Numbered from the stretch's first letter, positions 1 through 14,087 are shown. The stretch: 64,000 nucleotides of DNA from Octopus vulgaris (GCA_951406725.2 OX597838.1:22072001-22136000), one strand, 5' to 3'. A program made the numbers and translations. The notes: generated by a model not told the origin, from the letters alone.

Positions 1-7
1 ACCGATA

Positions 8-357
<350 letters not shown>

Positions 358-687
358 CTTTCTGCTATAGGTACAAGGCCTGAAATTTAGGGGGTGGGGA
401 CCAGTCTTTTAGATCAAACTCTACGCAACTGGTACTTAATTTATTGGCCCCGAAAGGATAAAACATAAAGACGACCTCTGCGAAATTTGAATTCAGAACG
501 TGAACATGGGGATGGAGATTATCGTTCACATCGACCCCTGTACTTGACTGGTACTTAATCTATCGACCCCGAAAGGATGAATGACAACGTCGTCCCCGGC
601 GGAATTTGAACTCAGAACGTAGTGACAGACGAAATATACTGCTTAGCATTTCGCTCGGCGAGCTAACGATTCTGCCAGCTCGTCGCC

Positions 688-688
<1 letters not shown>
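358..688 (-). mobile_element. Two adjacent SINE-A copies (tRNA-derived SINE): one 5'-truncated, one 3'-degenerate
   Basis: Reverse complement matches the window consensus GGCGGCGAGCTGGCAGAATCGTTAGC...GAGTTCAAATTCC (B box)...TTTCATCCTTTCGGGGTCGATA..AAGTACCAG; tail GGCCTTGTACCTATAGCAGAAAG runs into (ATT)n. Confidence 0.85.
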
Positions 689-1008
<320 letters not shown>

Positions 1009-1012
1009 GCAA

Positions 1013-1190
1013 TCTTTTCTATTCTAGGAACAAGCCCCAGGGTTTCATTGGTACTTAATTTATCGACCCAGAAAAGATGAAAGGCAAAGTCGACCTCGGT
1101 AGAATTTGAACTCAGGACATAGCGACGGGCGAAAAAATACCGCTATGCATATCACCCGACGTGCTAACGAATCTGCCAGCTTACCGCCTT
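1013..1190 (-). mobile_element. SINE-A copy with an internal deletion, embedded in (TAA)n
   Basis: ttatcgacccagaaaagatgaaaggcaaagtcgacctcgg...gaatttgaactcag...gctaacgaatctgccagcttaccgcc. Confidence 0.85.
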
Positions 1191-1239
1191 CTTAATAATA
1201 ACAACAACAACAACAATCATAATAATAATAATAATAATG

Positions 1240-1271
<32 letters not shown>

Positions 1272-1332
1272 CATAATAATAATAGTAAAAATAATAATAA
1301 TAGTAATAATAATAATAATAATAATAATGATC

Positions 1333-1408
<76 letters not shown>

Positions 1409-1893
1409 CACCGAAGCCACACATTACGGTAATGGACGATGACCTCTACACCAAAAATTGAAGTGATGATAGAATCAACACCATTTTAATGGAACGACAG
1501 AGGCAACAACAAAAGCATGGCTGAAACAAACTCTGGCTTAAAGAAATATCGACAAAACATCAACACAAAATCAACAGCTACAAGCACAATGACGACGGCT
1601 GCGATGACGGTGATGACGGCGATGACGGTGAAGATGGCGATGACAATAGCAATAACAAGCAAACAGCGAGGATACTATTTGCGGTGAATAAGAATATAAT
1701 GGAACGAAGGAGAAATTGTGAAGAAGGAAAAAAATATGGAAGAAACGTATAATGTTTTGTTATTTCAGGTGTGCAATGGCGTTCTTGTGTGTTCTCGAGA
1801 GATTTGGAGAGATATAGCGAGATGTGTGTGAGAGAGAGAGAGAGAAATAAATAGAGATTATGCGTGTGTTTGTGTGTGCACGTGTTGACTTAT

Positions 1894-2046
1894 GAAGGGA
1901 TGCTGAAATGATCGTGGCTTTAAGGGTATTGCAAAACGACCGTTGTAATAAGTGTGTGATTTAGAGAAGGGAATACGTTGCATAAAATCATAATTAACTG
2001 ATCCTCCTTTATTTTCTTTTACCAAGAACATTTTCTCACCACCTAG
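1894..2046 (+). mobile_element. Degenerate mariner-derived MITE, same family as 2542-2752
   Basis: Shares gggatgctgaaa, aataagtgtgtg and taaaatcataattaactgatcctcc with 2542-2752. Confidence 0.7.
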
Positions 2047-2056
2047 TGTGTGTATG

Positions 2057-2480
<424 letters not shown>

Positions 2481-2541
2481 TTAGATAGGTAGGTATATAT
2501 ATATATATATATATATATACATACACCTACGCATATACATA

Positions 2542-2752
2542 AGGGGATGCTGAAAAGTTCCTGGGTTTAAGGGCGTAGCAAAACGCCTGGTTGGCGACCC
2601 AACCTCCCGAGTTCTTTTGCAAGGCTTAGAAAAACTGAAGGACTGCTGCAACAAGTGTGTGAGTCTGAGAGGGGACTAGTTGAATAAAATCATAATTGAC
2701 TGATCCTCCTGTATCTTCTACTACTCAAAACCAGGAACTTTTCAGCACCCCC
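2542..2752 (+). mobile_element. Mariner-derived MITE (about 210 bp)
   Basis: TIRs ggggatgctgaaaagttcctgg / ccaggaacttttcagcacccc, flanking TA; interior encodes LQGLEKLKDCCNKCVSLRGD, like a mariner transposase C-terminus. Confidence 0.85.
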
Positions 2753-2762
2753 TAGTTTGTGC

Positions 2763-2818
<56 letters not shown>

Positions 2819-2920
2819 ATGTATGTGTGTGTGTATACACTCTTTTCAGCAAACCCTCGTATACATACGGACAAACCCATACGCATATATGAAAGAGGCG
2901 TAGTAAGAGTATGGGCATTA

Positions 2921-3128
2921 GCCATGATAGATCGCTAACCACTATGTCTTTTTTGAATTTCTCACCCGCTTTTTATTTTCTCTCCCTGTTTATTTCTGTG
3001 TTCCTTTCTGACGAAGAGCGTAGGCTCGAAACGTAAAAGACTTTCTCACTTCCAGAGCATTAAACTAATACATCTGTTTGTTGTTTACACACCCGTCTTC
3101 ATCTTTTGGTTCTTTGCAAATTCTCACT

Positions 3129-3130
<2 letters not shown>
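2921..3130 (+). mobile_element. Penelope-like element 3' end (pLTR-type) ending in (TA)n
   Basis: Collinear with 48021-48205 (gccatgatagatcg...ctaatacatctgtttg); carries a hammerhead-like motif. Confidence 0.65.
3004..3039 (+). ncRNA. Minimal type I hammerhead ribozyme-like motif
   Basis: cttt-CTGACGA-a-GAGC gtag GCTC-GAAAC-GTA-aaag: stem I cttt/aaag, stem II gagc/gctc, loopless palindromic stem III. Confidence 0.6.
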
Positions 3131-3172
<42 letters not shown>

Positions 3173-3411
3173 TCACAAACACGCACACGCACATACATAC
3201 AAACAGAAACAGAGAGATGATAATCGCATGTTACCTATACAGCATATATAAATATAGATATATATGAACGTAGAAAAATTATTTAGCAATTTCTCTGTAG
3301 CTTATTGAGATTTCATCAAAGATGTTTACTTCATTCTGTCCAATCCCAGTGAAGCAAGCGACCAATTTCTTTCTATACTCAGCAAATTCAGTTACCATAG
3401 TAAACTGGATC

Positions 3412-3524
3412 TAGTAATTTTATTTGATATCAGGTATGTATATTCATTTTTGTATGCAATACAAAAATAGTAATTTTATTTGATATCCGGTATGTACATT
3501 TATTTTTGTATGCAATACAAAAAT
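3412..3524. repeat. Two-copy 56-bp tandem duplication
   Basis: tagtaattttatttgatatc.ggtatgta.att.atttttgtatgcaatacaaaaa at 3412 and 3468. Confidence 0.9.
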
Positions 3525-3547
3525 ATTTCATAATGCAGGCGAAACAG

Positions 3548-3813
3548 GTACTTATATAGTGCCTTTTTTGCCGAACCGCTAAGTTACGGGGACGTAAACA
3601 CACCAGCTTCGGTTGTTAAGCGATTTTAGAGGGGGGACAAATACAGACATGCAAATATGAGCACATGCATATATATATACATATATACGACGAGCTTCTT
3701 CCAGTTTCCGTCTACCAAATCCACTCACAAGACTTTGGTCGGCCCGGGGCTATAGTAGAAGACACTTTCATAAGGTGCCACAAACACAAAGTACTTACCA
3801 CAGAGCCACTTCT
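3548..3813 (-). mobile_element. SINE-C partial copy
   Basis: gccgaaccgctaagttacggggacgtaaacacaccagc...cagtttccgtctaccaaatccactcacaag...tatagtagaagacactt. Confidence 0.9.
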
Positions 3814-3916
3814 GATAACAAAATTAATATCTTAGCAAATTAATTTTCGAGAATTAAATTTTTTCTCGCGAATTATTTGCCCCTGTAGAGACTATATATA
3901 TATACACATGTGTGTA

Positions 3917-3948
<32 letters not shown>

Positions 3949-4204
3949 CATGTGTGTGTGTGTGTGTGCGTGTGTGTCCACGTGTGTGTGTGTATATATA
4001 TATATACATATTAAGGATTCAAGTTAATCAGATCCTTAAATAGTAAAGTCCCAAGGCCGCGTCGGTGGAATCAGTATCATGTACAAACTATATTTAAAGA
4101 CAAATACGAACTTGCTAAAGTGAGCTCGGATTTGTACTCCAGTAGAAGTTCCACTCGGCTGGACTGAACACTGAACCATTTGGTTGGTAAACCAATATAT
4201 AATA

Positions 4205-5029
4205 ATCCTTTCTTTCACAGGGCCTGGAATTTCTGGGAAGGGGCGAGTTGATTACATCGACCCCAGAATTGATTGGCATTAATTTCATCGACCCCGACAG
4301 GATGAAAAGCAGAGTCGACCTCAGCGCAATTTGAACTCAGAACGTAAACACGGTCGAAATCAGATATAATAGTTATAATAATGATTTCAAAATTTGGCAG
4401 AAGGCCAGCGATTTCGGGTGTATGGTTAAGTCCATTACCTGGACCCTAATTCTCAGCTAGTACTTACTTTATCGACGCGGAAGTATGAAAGGTACAGTCA
4501 ATCTCGGCAGAATTTGAACTCAGAACGTAAAGACGGGTGGGATGTCACAAAGCAATTTACAACTCCCTGCCTTAAAAAAATAATGATCCTTTCTTCTATA
4601 GGCTCAAGGCCTGAAATGTAAGGGGAGAGGACAAGTCAATTACATGAACCCCAGTGTTCCACTGGTACTTTATCTACCCCGAAAGCGGTGAAAGGCAAAG
4701 TCGACCTTGGCGGAATTTGAATCCAGAACGTAGCGACGGGCGAAATACTGCTAAGCATTTCGCCCGGCGTGCTAACGATTCTGCCAGCTCGCGGCCTTAA
4801 ACAATAGTAGTAATGGTTTCAAATTTTGCCACAAGGGCAGCCATTTTAGGGGAGGGGATCCGTCGATTACATCGACTCCAGTGATCAACTGGTACTTATT
4901 TTATCGACCCCAAAAGGATAAAAGGCAAAGTCGAGCTTGGCAGAATTTGAACTCAGAACGTAGCGACGGGCGAAATACCGCTAAGCATTTCGCCCGGCGT
5001 GCTAACGATTCTGCCAGCTCGCTGCCTTA

Positions 5030-5119
<90 letters not shown>

Positions 5120-5347
5120 TCATAAATATTATTTTCTGCTCTAGGTACAAAGTCCGAAATTTTGGGGGAGCGGGCCAGTCGTTTAGATCCACCCCAGTAC
5201 GCAAATGGTACTTAATTTATCGACCTCGAAAGGATGAAAGGCAAAGTCGACCTCGGTGGAATTTGAACACAGGATGTAAAGACGGACGAAATACCGCTAA
5301 GCATTATCGCCCGGTGTGCTAACGCTTCTGTCAGCTCGCCGCCTTAA
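4205..5347 (-). mobile_element. Cluster of five head-to-tail SINE-A copies separated by (TAA)n-like spacers
   Basis: Copies at about 4205-4360, 4380-4576, 4586-4800, 4813-5030 and 5130-5347; each has ttatcgacccc.aaaggatgaaaggcaaagtcgacc and gaatttgaactcagaacgt or a close variant. Confidence 0.92.
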
Positions 5348-5657
5348 TAATTCATAAATATTGTATACCCTGGTGATGGATGATGAAATATGAGACAGAG
5401 AAAAAAAGCAGGTCGGTTATGAAGAATTGTAATTAGAGATGAAAACATTGCGGTTATTGAATAATGAAAATGTTGCAATTGCTGTTGTCAGTATTTTGGG
5501 AACGGTAACAATGAAGCTCAGAAACTGGATAGAAAAGGATAGGTGTATATGTAAAGTTAGAGCATTAATACAAAAACACTGTTTCTTGTAACAGCACGAA
5601 TTCCCCGCAGAATTCTCGAAACCTGATTGAAGTGCGTTACCTTAGTCCACTCGTTGT

Positions 5658-6029
5658 GTGGAGGCGCAATGGCCCAGTGGTTAGGGCAGTGGACTCGCGG
5701 TTTCGATTCCCAGACCGGGCGTTGTGAGTGTTTATTGAGCGAAAACACCTAAAGCTCCACGAGGCTCCGGCAGGGGATGGTGGTGATCCCTGCTGTACTC
5801 TTTCACCACAACTTTCTCTCACTCTTACTTCCTGTTTCTGTTGTACCTGTATTTCAAGGGGCCGGCCTTGTCACTCTCTGTGTCACGCTGAATATCCCCG
5901 AGAACTAAGTTAAGGGTGCACGTGTATGCGGAGTGCTCAGCCACTTACACGTTAATTTCACGAGCAGGCTGTTCCGTTGATTCGGATCAACCGGAACCCT
6001 CATCGTCGTAACCGACGGAGTGCTTCCCA
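5658..6029 (+). mobile_element. Near full-length SINE-B with tail type 1 and an 11-bp target-site duplication
   Basis: A box TGGCCCAGTGG, B box GTTTCGATTCCC; TSD ccactcgttgt at 5647-5657 and 6030-6040; near-identical to 41470-41863. Confidence 0.95.
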
Positions 6030-6109
6030 CCACTCGTTGTGGTCTACCGACATTTTGCTGCAAACCTCCCAGCGAATTTGCTGTGTTTAAACACAAATAG
6101 ATAATTCTT

Positions 6110-6365
6110 GTCCAAAGTTTGCCAAGAGGCGAGAAGTTCTTGAAGGGATGGTTGGGGGTAGGGGTGGGTGGGGATGTAGAGTGGGGTGAGTGGTGGTGGG
6201 GTGGAATTAGTCCGTTGCACGACCCCTGTGTTTGACTAGGACTTTAATTTATAAAACCCGGAGGAATGAAAGTCGATCCTGACCTTGATGGGATTTGAAC
6301 TCCGAAGGTCAAAAAGCCGGAACGAATACTGGAAGGCATTTATTGCGAGGCTCTAACGTTTCAAG
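6110..6365 (-). mobile_element. Highly degenerate SINE-A copy
   Basis: cgacccctgtgtttgactaggactttaattt...ggatttgaactc...ctctaacgttt. Confidence 0.55.
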
Positions 6366-6378
6366 TAATACAATTATC

Positions 6379-6972
<594 letters not shown>

Positions 6973-7523
6973 GGGTGGGTGGAAGAAAAGATAGGTCAAA
7001 AGTCTTCCAAAAATGGCGCCTATAAGCATTCATTTTTAGAATCTATTTCAGAAACAGACGAATGAACGGTTCGGGTGGGGGGAATGGAAAGAATTAGAAA
7101 ATGGACAGATGTTAGGGAGGGGAGGTGTGCAACAGTGAGTGTGCATGTGCATGCCTGTGCATGTGCATGTACGTGTGTGTGTGTGTGTGTGTGTGTATGA
7201 AATAAACATTGTAACTTTTAGGGACAGTGGGTGGCACGGGGGGATTGGTGGGAACTTGAGCTGTTATCCATGGGCCTGAATAGGCTGTATGCATGCATGT
7301 GTGTATGCATATATATGTAAGAATGCATGCATGTCTGTATGTATGTATGCGTATATATATAATTCGCTAAACGTATCTTGCATGTGCATCTGTATACGTG
7401 TTTTTATTCATATGTGTGTATATGTCTGTATTGTTAAAATCCTTTAAAATGTTTTAGCCCGAAGGCCTCGGCCATGCTGGGGCACCACCGCTGTATATTC
7501 ATTAATGTGGAGGTGTATCTATG

Positions 7524-7650
<127 letters not shown>

Positions 7651-7732
7651 TGATAGATAGATAGATGTATATATACATATATATATGTGTGTCTGCATCT
7701 ATCTATCTATATCTATCTGTACACACATAAAC

Positions 7733-7819
<87 letters not shown>

Positions 7820-7834
7820 AACAGTAGTTATATA

Positions 7835-7884
<50 letters not shown>

Positions 7885-8493
7885 AAAAAACAGTATATGC
7901 ATGTTTGTAGTTTTATTTTCATTTACTTTCGTAGCTCGGAATGACATTGTAGAGGAAAATATGTATTATCTTGTAAACAACAGATAATTAATATTCGGCA
8001 TACCTTAAAATCCACTTTATACACCCTTATAGTAATCTGGAATTAATATCTTTATACATTGTATTCATATATATATATATATGTGTGTGTGGGTGTGGGT
8101 GTGTGTGTATACAAGATTCTGTATGTATCTTTTCTTCGTGTGAGTGCGCGGGCGCCCGTGTGAGTGGGCGTGCGCGTGTTCGTCCGTGTGCGAGCACGCG
8201 TTTGTGCGCGAGTGTGCGTGTGTGTATGTGTGTGTGTGTGTGTGTAGATTCGACTTTTTGCATCACATATACATGCATACACAAAGCAGACATATACACG
8301 CACATACACACACACACACACATATATATACGTGTGTGCACATGGCTGTATGTGCGTGCGTAAGTTAACGCTCGCGAACACCACACTACGTATTTATACG
8401 CAACAACATAAACACAAACGCACGCAAATATATCCATAGACATACACGTATCTATTATGCATACAAATATACATACATATATATATATATTAC

Positions 8494-8536
<43 letters not shown>

Positions 8537-8733
8537 GACATATTTGTACGCATATGTAAATATTAAATAAACTTTGTAACACAGTCACATATGTGCATGT
8601 TTATATAACTTACTCGATGTGTATATGAGTGTTTCTTTATCTATATATGTTAATATATGCATATATATATACACATATATGTGCACACATATATATATAT
8701 GTAAATACATATATACACATATGCATACATGTA

Positions 8734-8802
<69 letters not shown>

Positions 8803-8811
8803 GTATATAGA

Positions 8812-8879
<68 letters not shown>

Positions 8880-10076
8880 GTAGATAGATAAACATATACG
8901 TGTGTGTGTATACATACATATATACATACACATAAATTTAGAGGCGCGCACTGGTGCACATGTATATACACAAATATTGCACCAGTATTGATTCCCAGAC
9001 CGTGTGTTATATCATCGGTGAAATTAATCAACAAACTCACCGATTGATTGGTGCAAAATAAACAATTTCCTCCATCATAATTGCCTCTGTTACATAGAAC
9101 TGGTTATTGGTTAATGGTTACTGGCTCTAGACTACTGCAGTCTGGATATAAGAGCTAGAATATCATTCGTATTTCTGCCTACGTATGTCTGCATGGTATA
9201 CGTTTGTACGTATGAATGTATGTATGAATACATACATATGAATACATGCACGTATGAATGTACGCATGAATATATGAGTAAATACGTTCGGCGCGCGTCA
9301 ATTAAACCGTCCCGGTTTTCACTCTAATGGTAATCACTTTAAACTCTTGCCGTAGCTTTGCACGCCGCAGATTGTCCATTTCCGTGGGTGGACTGTAACG
9401 TAAAGAGCACAGCAATAGCAATAAGCGAAAAGAACGTGGGCATACTTTTATCACTTCAAGCAATTTTTTTTTTGTTTTCCCATGTTGTCATCGAGTTCGT
9501 TGTCAGATGTACTCGCATTGTGTACCTGCACCGTTATAATTGGTTACGCTCGACGCGCAGCAATCAGATTTCTTTATTGGCCACGCAGGGCTAAACACAG
9601 AAGGGACAATATACAAAGTAGAGCTTTTCTTTTTGGGAAGAAGAGAAGGGGAAAAAACGAAAAAAAAAAAAGAGGGGACGAATTCCGATCAAAAGGGATC
9701 GTGAAAAGAAAAAAAAAACAAAAAAAGGGGGCTATTCTGATGAAAAGGGATCGCGGGAAAAAATTAAAAAAAGTGGGGCCGATCAACAGCGATCGTGTAT
9801 CACAGTAATGTCATTGTAAAAGGGAAGAACAGATTAGGTTTGTACGTGGATAGAAAAGCCTATGGAAAAGACCACGGGAACCTTGGGCAATAGTGTCATG
9901 CAAAAAGAAAACACATTACAGTAAGTGGCTCTTTTTTTTTCCTTTCGTTTTTCTTTTGGTTCATAGGAATATGCTCAAACTGGCTCCGTCATTCACACGT
10001 GCCATCCTTGCTGACGCGCAGGGACGCCATTAGGGACATGAATGGTCTTGTTACCTGGAGATTACAGAACAGTTGT

Positions 10077-10127
10077 GGACTTGCTGATGATGCCTATTAA
10101 GGCAGAAACACGTGTCAGCAACCAGTC
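10077..10127 (+). ncRNA. Hammerhead ribozyme-like motif in a probable Penelope-like terminal repeat
   Basis: CTGATGA-TGCC tattaa GGCA-GAAAC acgt GTC; intact core and palindromic loop III, but stem I is out of register. Confidence 0.5.
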
Positions 10128-10551
10128 TCTTATCTCTAGACCATAAAAACCTGTCCTTTTCCGTAATGGATTGTCAAGTTGGAGAATTCTCAAAATTTGG
10201 AATTATCTCCCATTGTCATGGACAGAGGATCACAATTAAGACTGAGAAATTAGGACACGTCATCCTGAGGCGGAGTTTATGTAAATAAGCCGAGAATGTA
10301 AGTCGATTACATCTGTATCTGACTATATTGTTCAAATAAACGCCACTCACCAATCTGACTAATGTCTCTCAGCTCATCTTATTTTATATCTATCTATCCA
10401 TCTATCTACCGATCCATCTATCTATCTATCTATCTCTTTCTCACTACCTCTCTGCGTCTCTCTTTCTACATATATATATATATAAACTTATGCGTACATA
10501 TATACTTATTTATCGATCTATATGTATATATATATTTACACTCATACACTA

Positions 10552-10858
<307 letters not shown>

Positions 10859-10920
10859 ATGCATGTATATATATATATACATATACATATATATATATAT
10901 ATTATTTACATATATATATG

Positions 10921-10954
<34 letters not shown>

Positions 10955-11333
10955 TATATCAGAAATGAACAATGGAGTTGCTGCTATTCCATTTATTCCC
11001 TGGATTACAATCGTCTCAATAACGTGTGGGCCTCCAAATCGAATAACATGCATGAAAACGTGGATGGGAACAATGACATTGCTCTGTCGATTATGTAACG
11101 CGTGTTACGTAATGATCGACCACCTTCTACTCATAAGCGAACGAACAATGAGATGCAGTCACAAATTGGATAATTTCACTTTATAGGAAAAACACGATTA
11201 TCTCGTGGAAGTTTGTTTGTTATTAGATTCTTCAAGGAAGGGCTAAGGGCAGAAATATCAATAAGAGATGGATGGATAATTTAATTGTATTTATACAAGT
11301 AAGTACGCATGCATATTTGTTATTGTGCATTTG

Positions 11334-11380
<47 letters not shown>

Positions 11381-11386
11381 AGTACA

Positions 11387-11570
11387 GACGGCTCGCTGGC
11401 AGAATCGTTTGGCCACTGGCCGAAACGCTTAGGAGTATTTCGGCCTTTATCTTCTGTTTAAATTCGGTCGAGGTTGACTTCGCTTTTCATCCTTTCGAAG
11501 TCGATAGAATATGTACCAGATCAGCACTGAGGTTGCTATAGTCGTCTTAACTACTCCTAGATATGAGTAT
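11387..11570 (+). mobile_element. Degenerate SINE-A copy
   Basis: gctggcagaatcgtt...gaggttgacttcgcttttcatcctttcgaagtcgataga. Confidence 0.75.
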
Positions 11571-11696
11571 AGGAAAAACGAACGAAACAAAAAACAAAAA
11601 CTACATCCTTCTGCCAATCCGTGTCGCACCGTTTTCACAGATTAGGCTCATCAAACTACTGTGATATCAACATCAAATTTAGGGCCTCCAATGCAG

Positions 11697-11950
11697 ATCG
11701 CTAAGTTATGGGGATATAGACACAACAAGCGCTGGTGAAGGGAGAAACACAGACATAGACACACACACAGAAATATATACATATACACACACAATCACAT
11801 ACACTCACACAGACACACACATATACAACAGGCTTCTTTCAGTCTCAGTCTACCAAATTTATTCCCAAGACTTTGGTCAGTCCGCACACTTTATAGTAGA
11901 AGACACTTTTAAGGTGCCACGCCGTGGGACTGAACCCAGGCAGTGGTGAT
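11697..11950 (-). mobile_element. SINE-C partial copy
   Basis: ggcttctttcagtctcagtctaccaaat...tatagtagaagacact...ggtgccacgccgtgggactgaacc. Confidence 0.8.
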
Positions 11951-12151
11951 TTACATACAATAGGGCGAGTAGGAAGTAATAAAAGGTGAAATGAGGAGAA
12001 AATAGGTCGAGAGGGCCGGATTAAATAACACCGGTCATACTCACCAACGCTCCAGCGACCGGCTACCCAGAAGAAAGATACATACGTTCTGGCATAAACA
12101 AATTGCAATCTACTGTAATGGGTGTAGATACTCCAAAGTAGAGCCTGAGAA

Positions 12152-13212
12152 TGAATGGTTTTCAACCGGGTCCATATGGCCCTTCTTGGTCCATATAACA
12201 TTTTGGGGTTAAAATTTACTAGCATTATAAATTGAGAAATGGATTATCTACCGAAATGTTCAGAGAAAGCGATCCTGGAGTAAGCGACATGAGCCACCCT
12301 TATCCACCCCAAAAGCGGGTTTTCACCCTAAAAAATGTCTTGCTTTGTGTCTGGTGGGATTGGAAAGGAATTCTGTAATATGAGCTTCTCCCAAGTAACC
12401 AGAAAATTTAATTCTAAAAAATACTGCACACAACCGGACGAGTTAAAAGCAGCAATTCAAGAGAAACGTCCAGGAGGGTGTTGTTTTCCAACATGATAAT
12501 GCAAGACCGCATGTTTCTTTGGGAACCAGACAAAAATTGCTGCAGCTCGGCTGGGATGTGTTACCCCACCCTCTATATTCACCAGTTATTGCTCCTTCGG
12601 ATTTCCACTTATTCAGCCCCCCTGTAGAATAGTCTTAATGGTAAAAATTTCTATTCCTTGGATGACGTAAAAAGATGCCTTGATGAATTCTTTGCCATGA
12701 AACCACCTCAATTTTGGGAAGATGGTATTTTCAAGTTAAAGGAAAGATGGAGACGCATTGTGCAACAAAATAGTTCATATTTGGTTAATTAAAAATGTAA
12801 TGGCAAGTATTTATTGACCCTTTTTTTTTTCGTTATAAATCGGCACGAACTTTCCGGACAACCCAAACCGTTACTGTCTCCAAAAAAGATTTTTTGTTTC
12901 ATGTTCGTCTCCGTTGCGTTGCATTCTTTCCTTCTGTGGCTGGCTGATTCAGAGCGGATCTCAGAATTAAACAGCCGAAATCTTCGATGAGGGATCAGTT
13001 TCTGACTGAAGAATAAAGGCTTTGAATGACCCGTTTGTCTTTTTGTTCGTCCCTTCGTGGATTTCATGTTATTTATTTATATAAAGGTTTATTATATATA
13101 TATATATATATATATCATAGGGTTTTTTTAAACATCGAATGGTTAGGAGGGTCCATCTGAGTAAAACAGAAATCAAAAGGGGTCCATAGGTTTAAAATGT
13201 TTGAGAAATCCC
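12152..13212 (+). mobile_element. hAT-like MITE split by nested insertions (left end 12152-12222, right end 13119-13212)
   Basis: Left aatggttttcaaccgggtccatatgg; right ggggtccataggtttaaaatgtttgagaa; the right part is homologous to 40030-40357; termini resemble CAGTGGTTCTCAA hAT/Charlie TIRs. Confidence 0.55.
12231..12866 (+). pseudogene. Mariner (DD34D) transposase pseudogene, 5'-truncated, with right TIR
   Basis: Translates with frameshifts to EKWIIYRN..LCVWWDWKGI..VVFQHDNARPHVS..GWDVLPHPLYSPVIAPSDFHLF..GIFKLKERWRRIVQQN; TIR cggcacgaactttccggacaacccaa at 12841-12866. Confidence 0.93.
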
Positions 13213-13842
13213 GGCCTCGGTGAAAGTGGGCACATCAATTCAGTTGTATGGACTTAATATCCAGGAAGCACTTGCAGTGTGGCTTGGTTTCCCTATGTGT
13301 CTCCTGTTCAGTTGTTGGTCTCATACAAGTCCCCACTCGGCCATCAGGAAGGGCCTACTGCATATTGTGTTACACCTATATTGTCTGGATCGGTGAAATA
13401 AATATTTCTTGCAAACAGACATTGTTCTATGTATTTCACTGGATACAATTGATGGATGGTTTCACTGTGTAATGTAATACACAGCTACCAAGACAGCTGC
13501 GGTTCTCTCTCTCTCTCTCTCTCTCATATACATACACACTCATTCTCTCTCACTCTTTCTTTCTCACATTCTCCCTCTCTCTCTCTGTTTTCTTTCTCTA
13601 TCTATTCTCTCTCTCTCTCTCTCCTATCTCTGACTCACTCTCTCATTTTCTCTCTCTTCCTATATAACTCTCTCTATCTTCCTCACACACACACGCAACA
13701 CACAAATACACACGCACACACAAATACACACACACACACACCCTATCTCTCTCTCACACACAGACAACCACACACAAACACACACACACACACAGAGAAA
13801 TACACGTTTAATGCATTTTTACTGCGTGTGCATGTGCGTATG

Positions 13843-14039
13843 GCTGTTTGTCCCCCACTATCACTTGAGAACCGATGTTGGTGAGTTTACGTCCCCGTAC
13901 CTGGCGGTTCAGCAAAAGAGACCGATAGAATAAGTACCAGGTTTACAAAGAATAAATCCTGGGTCCGATTTGTTCGACTAGAGGCGGTGCTCCAGTGTGG
14001 GCGCAGTCAAATGACTGAAACAAATAAAAGTATAAAAGA

Positions 14040-14040
<1 letters not shown>
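13843..14040 (+). mobile_element. SINE-C 3' half
   Basis: tttgtccccc...gagaccgatagaataagtacc...ggcggtgctccag...gtcaaatgactgaaacaaataaaag. Confidence 0.88.
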
Positions 14041-14070
<30 letters not shown>

Positions 14071-14087
14071 CATATATATGCATATAG

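Noticed and set aside
5658-5730. tRNA gene call for SINE-B, SINE-C and SINE-A heads
   Set aside because: A and B boxes are present, but there is no complete cloverleaf or terminator, and each head continues into a multicopy SINE body, with TSDs in the younger copies.
9830-9926. Possible exon ending at a gtaagt donor-like site (9921)
   Set aside because: No convincing polypyrimidine acceptor or recognisable reading frame; such hexamers occur by chance.
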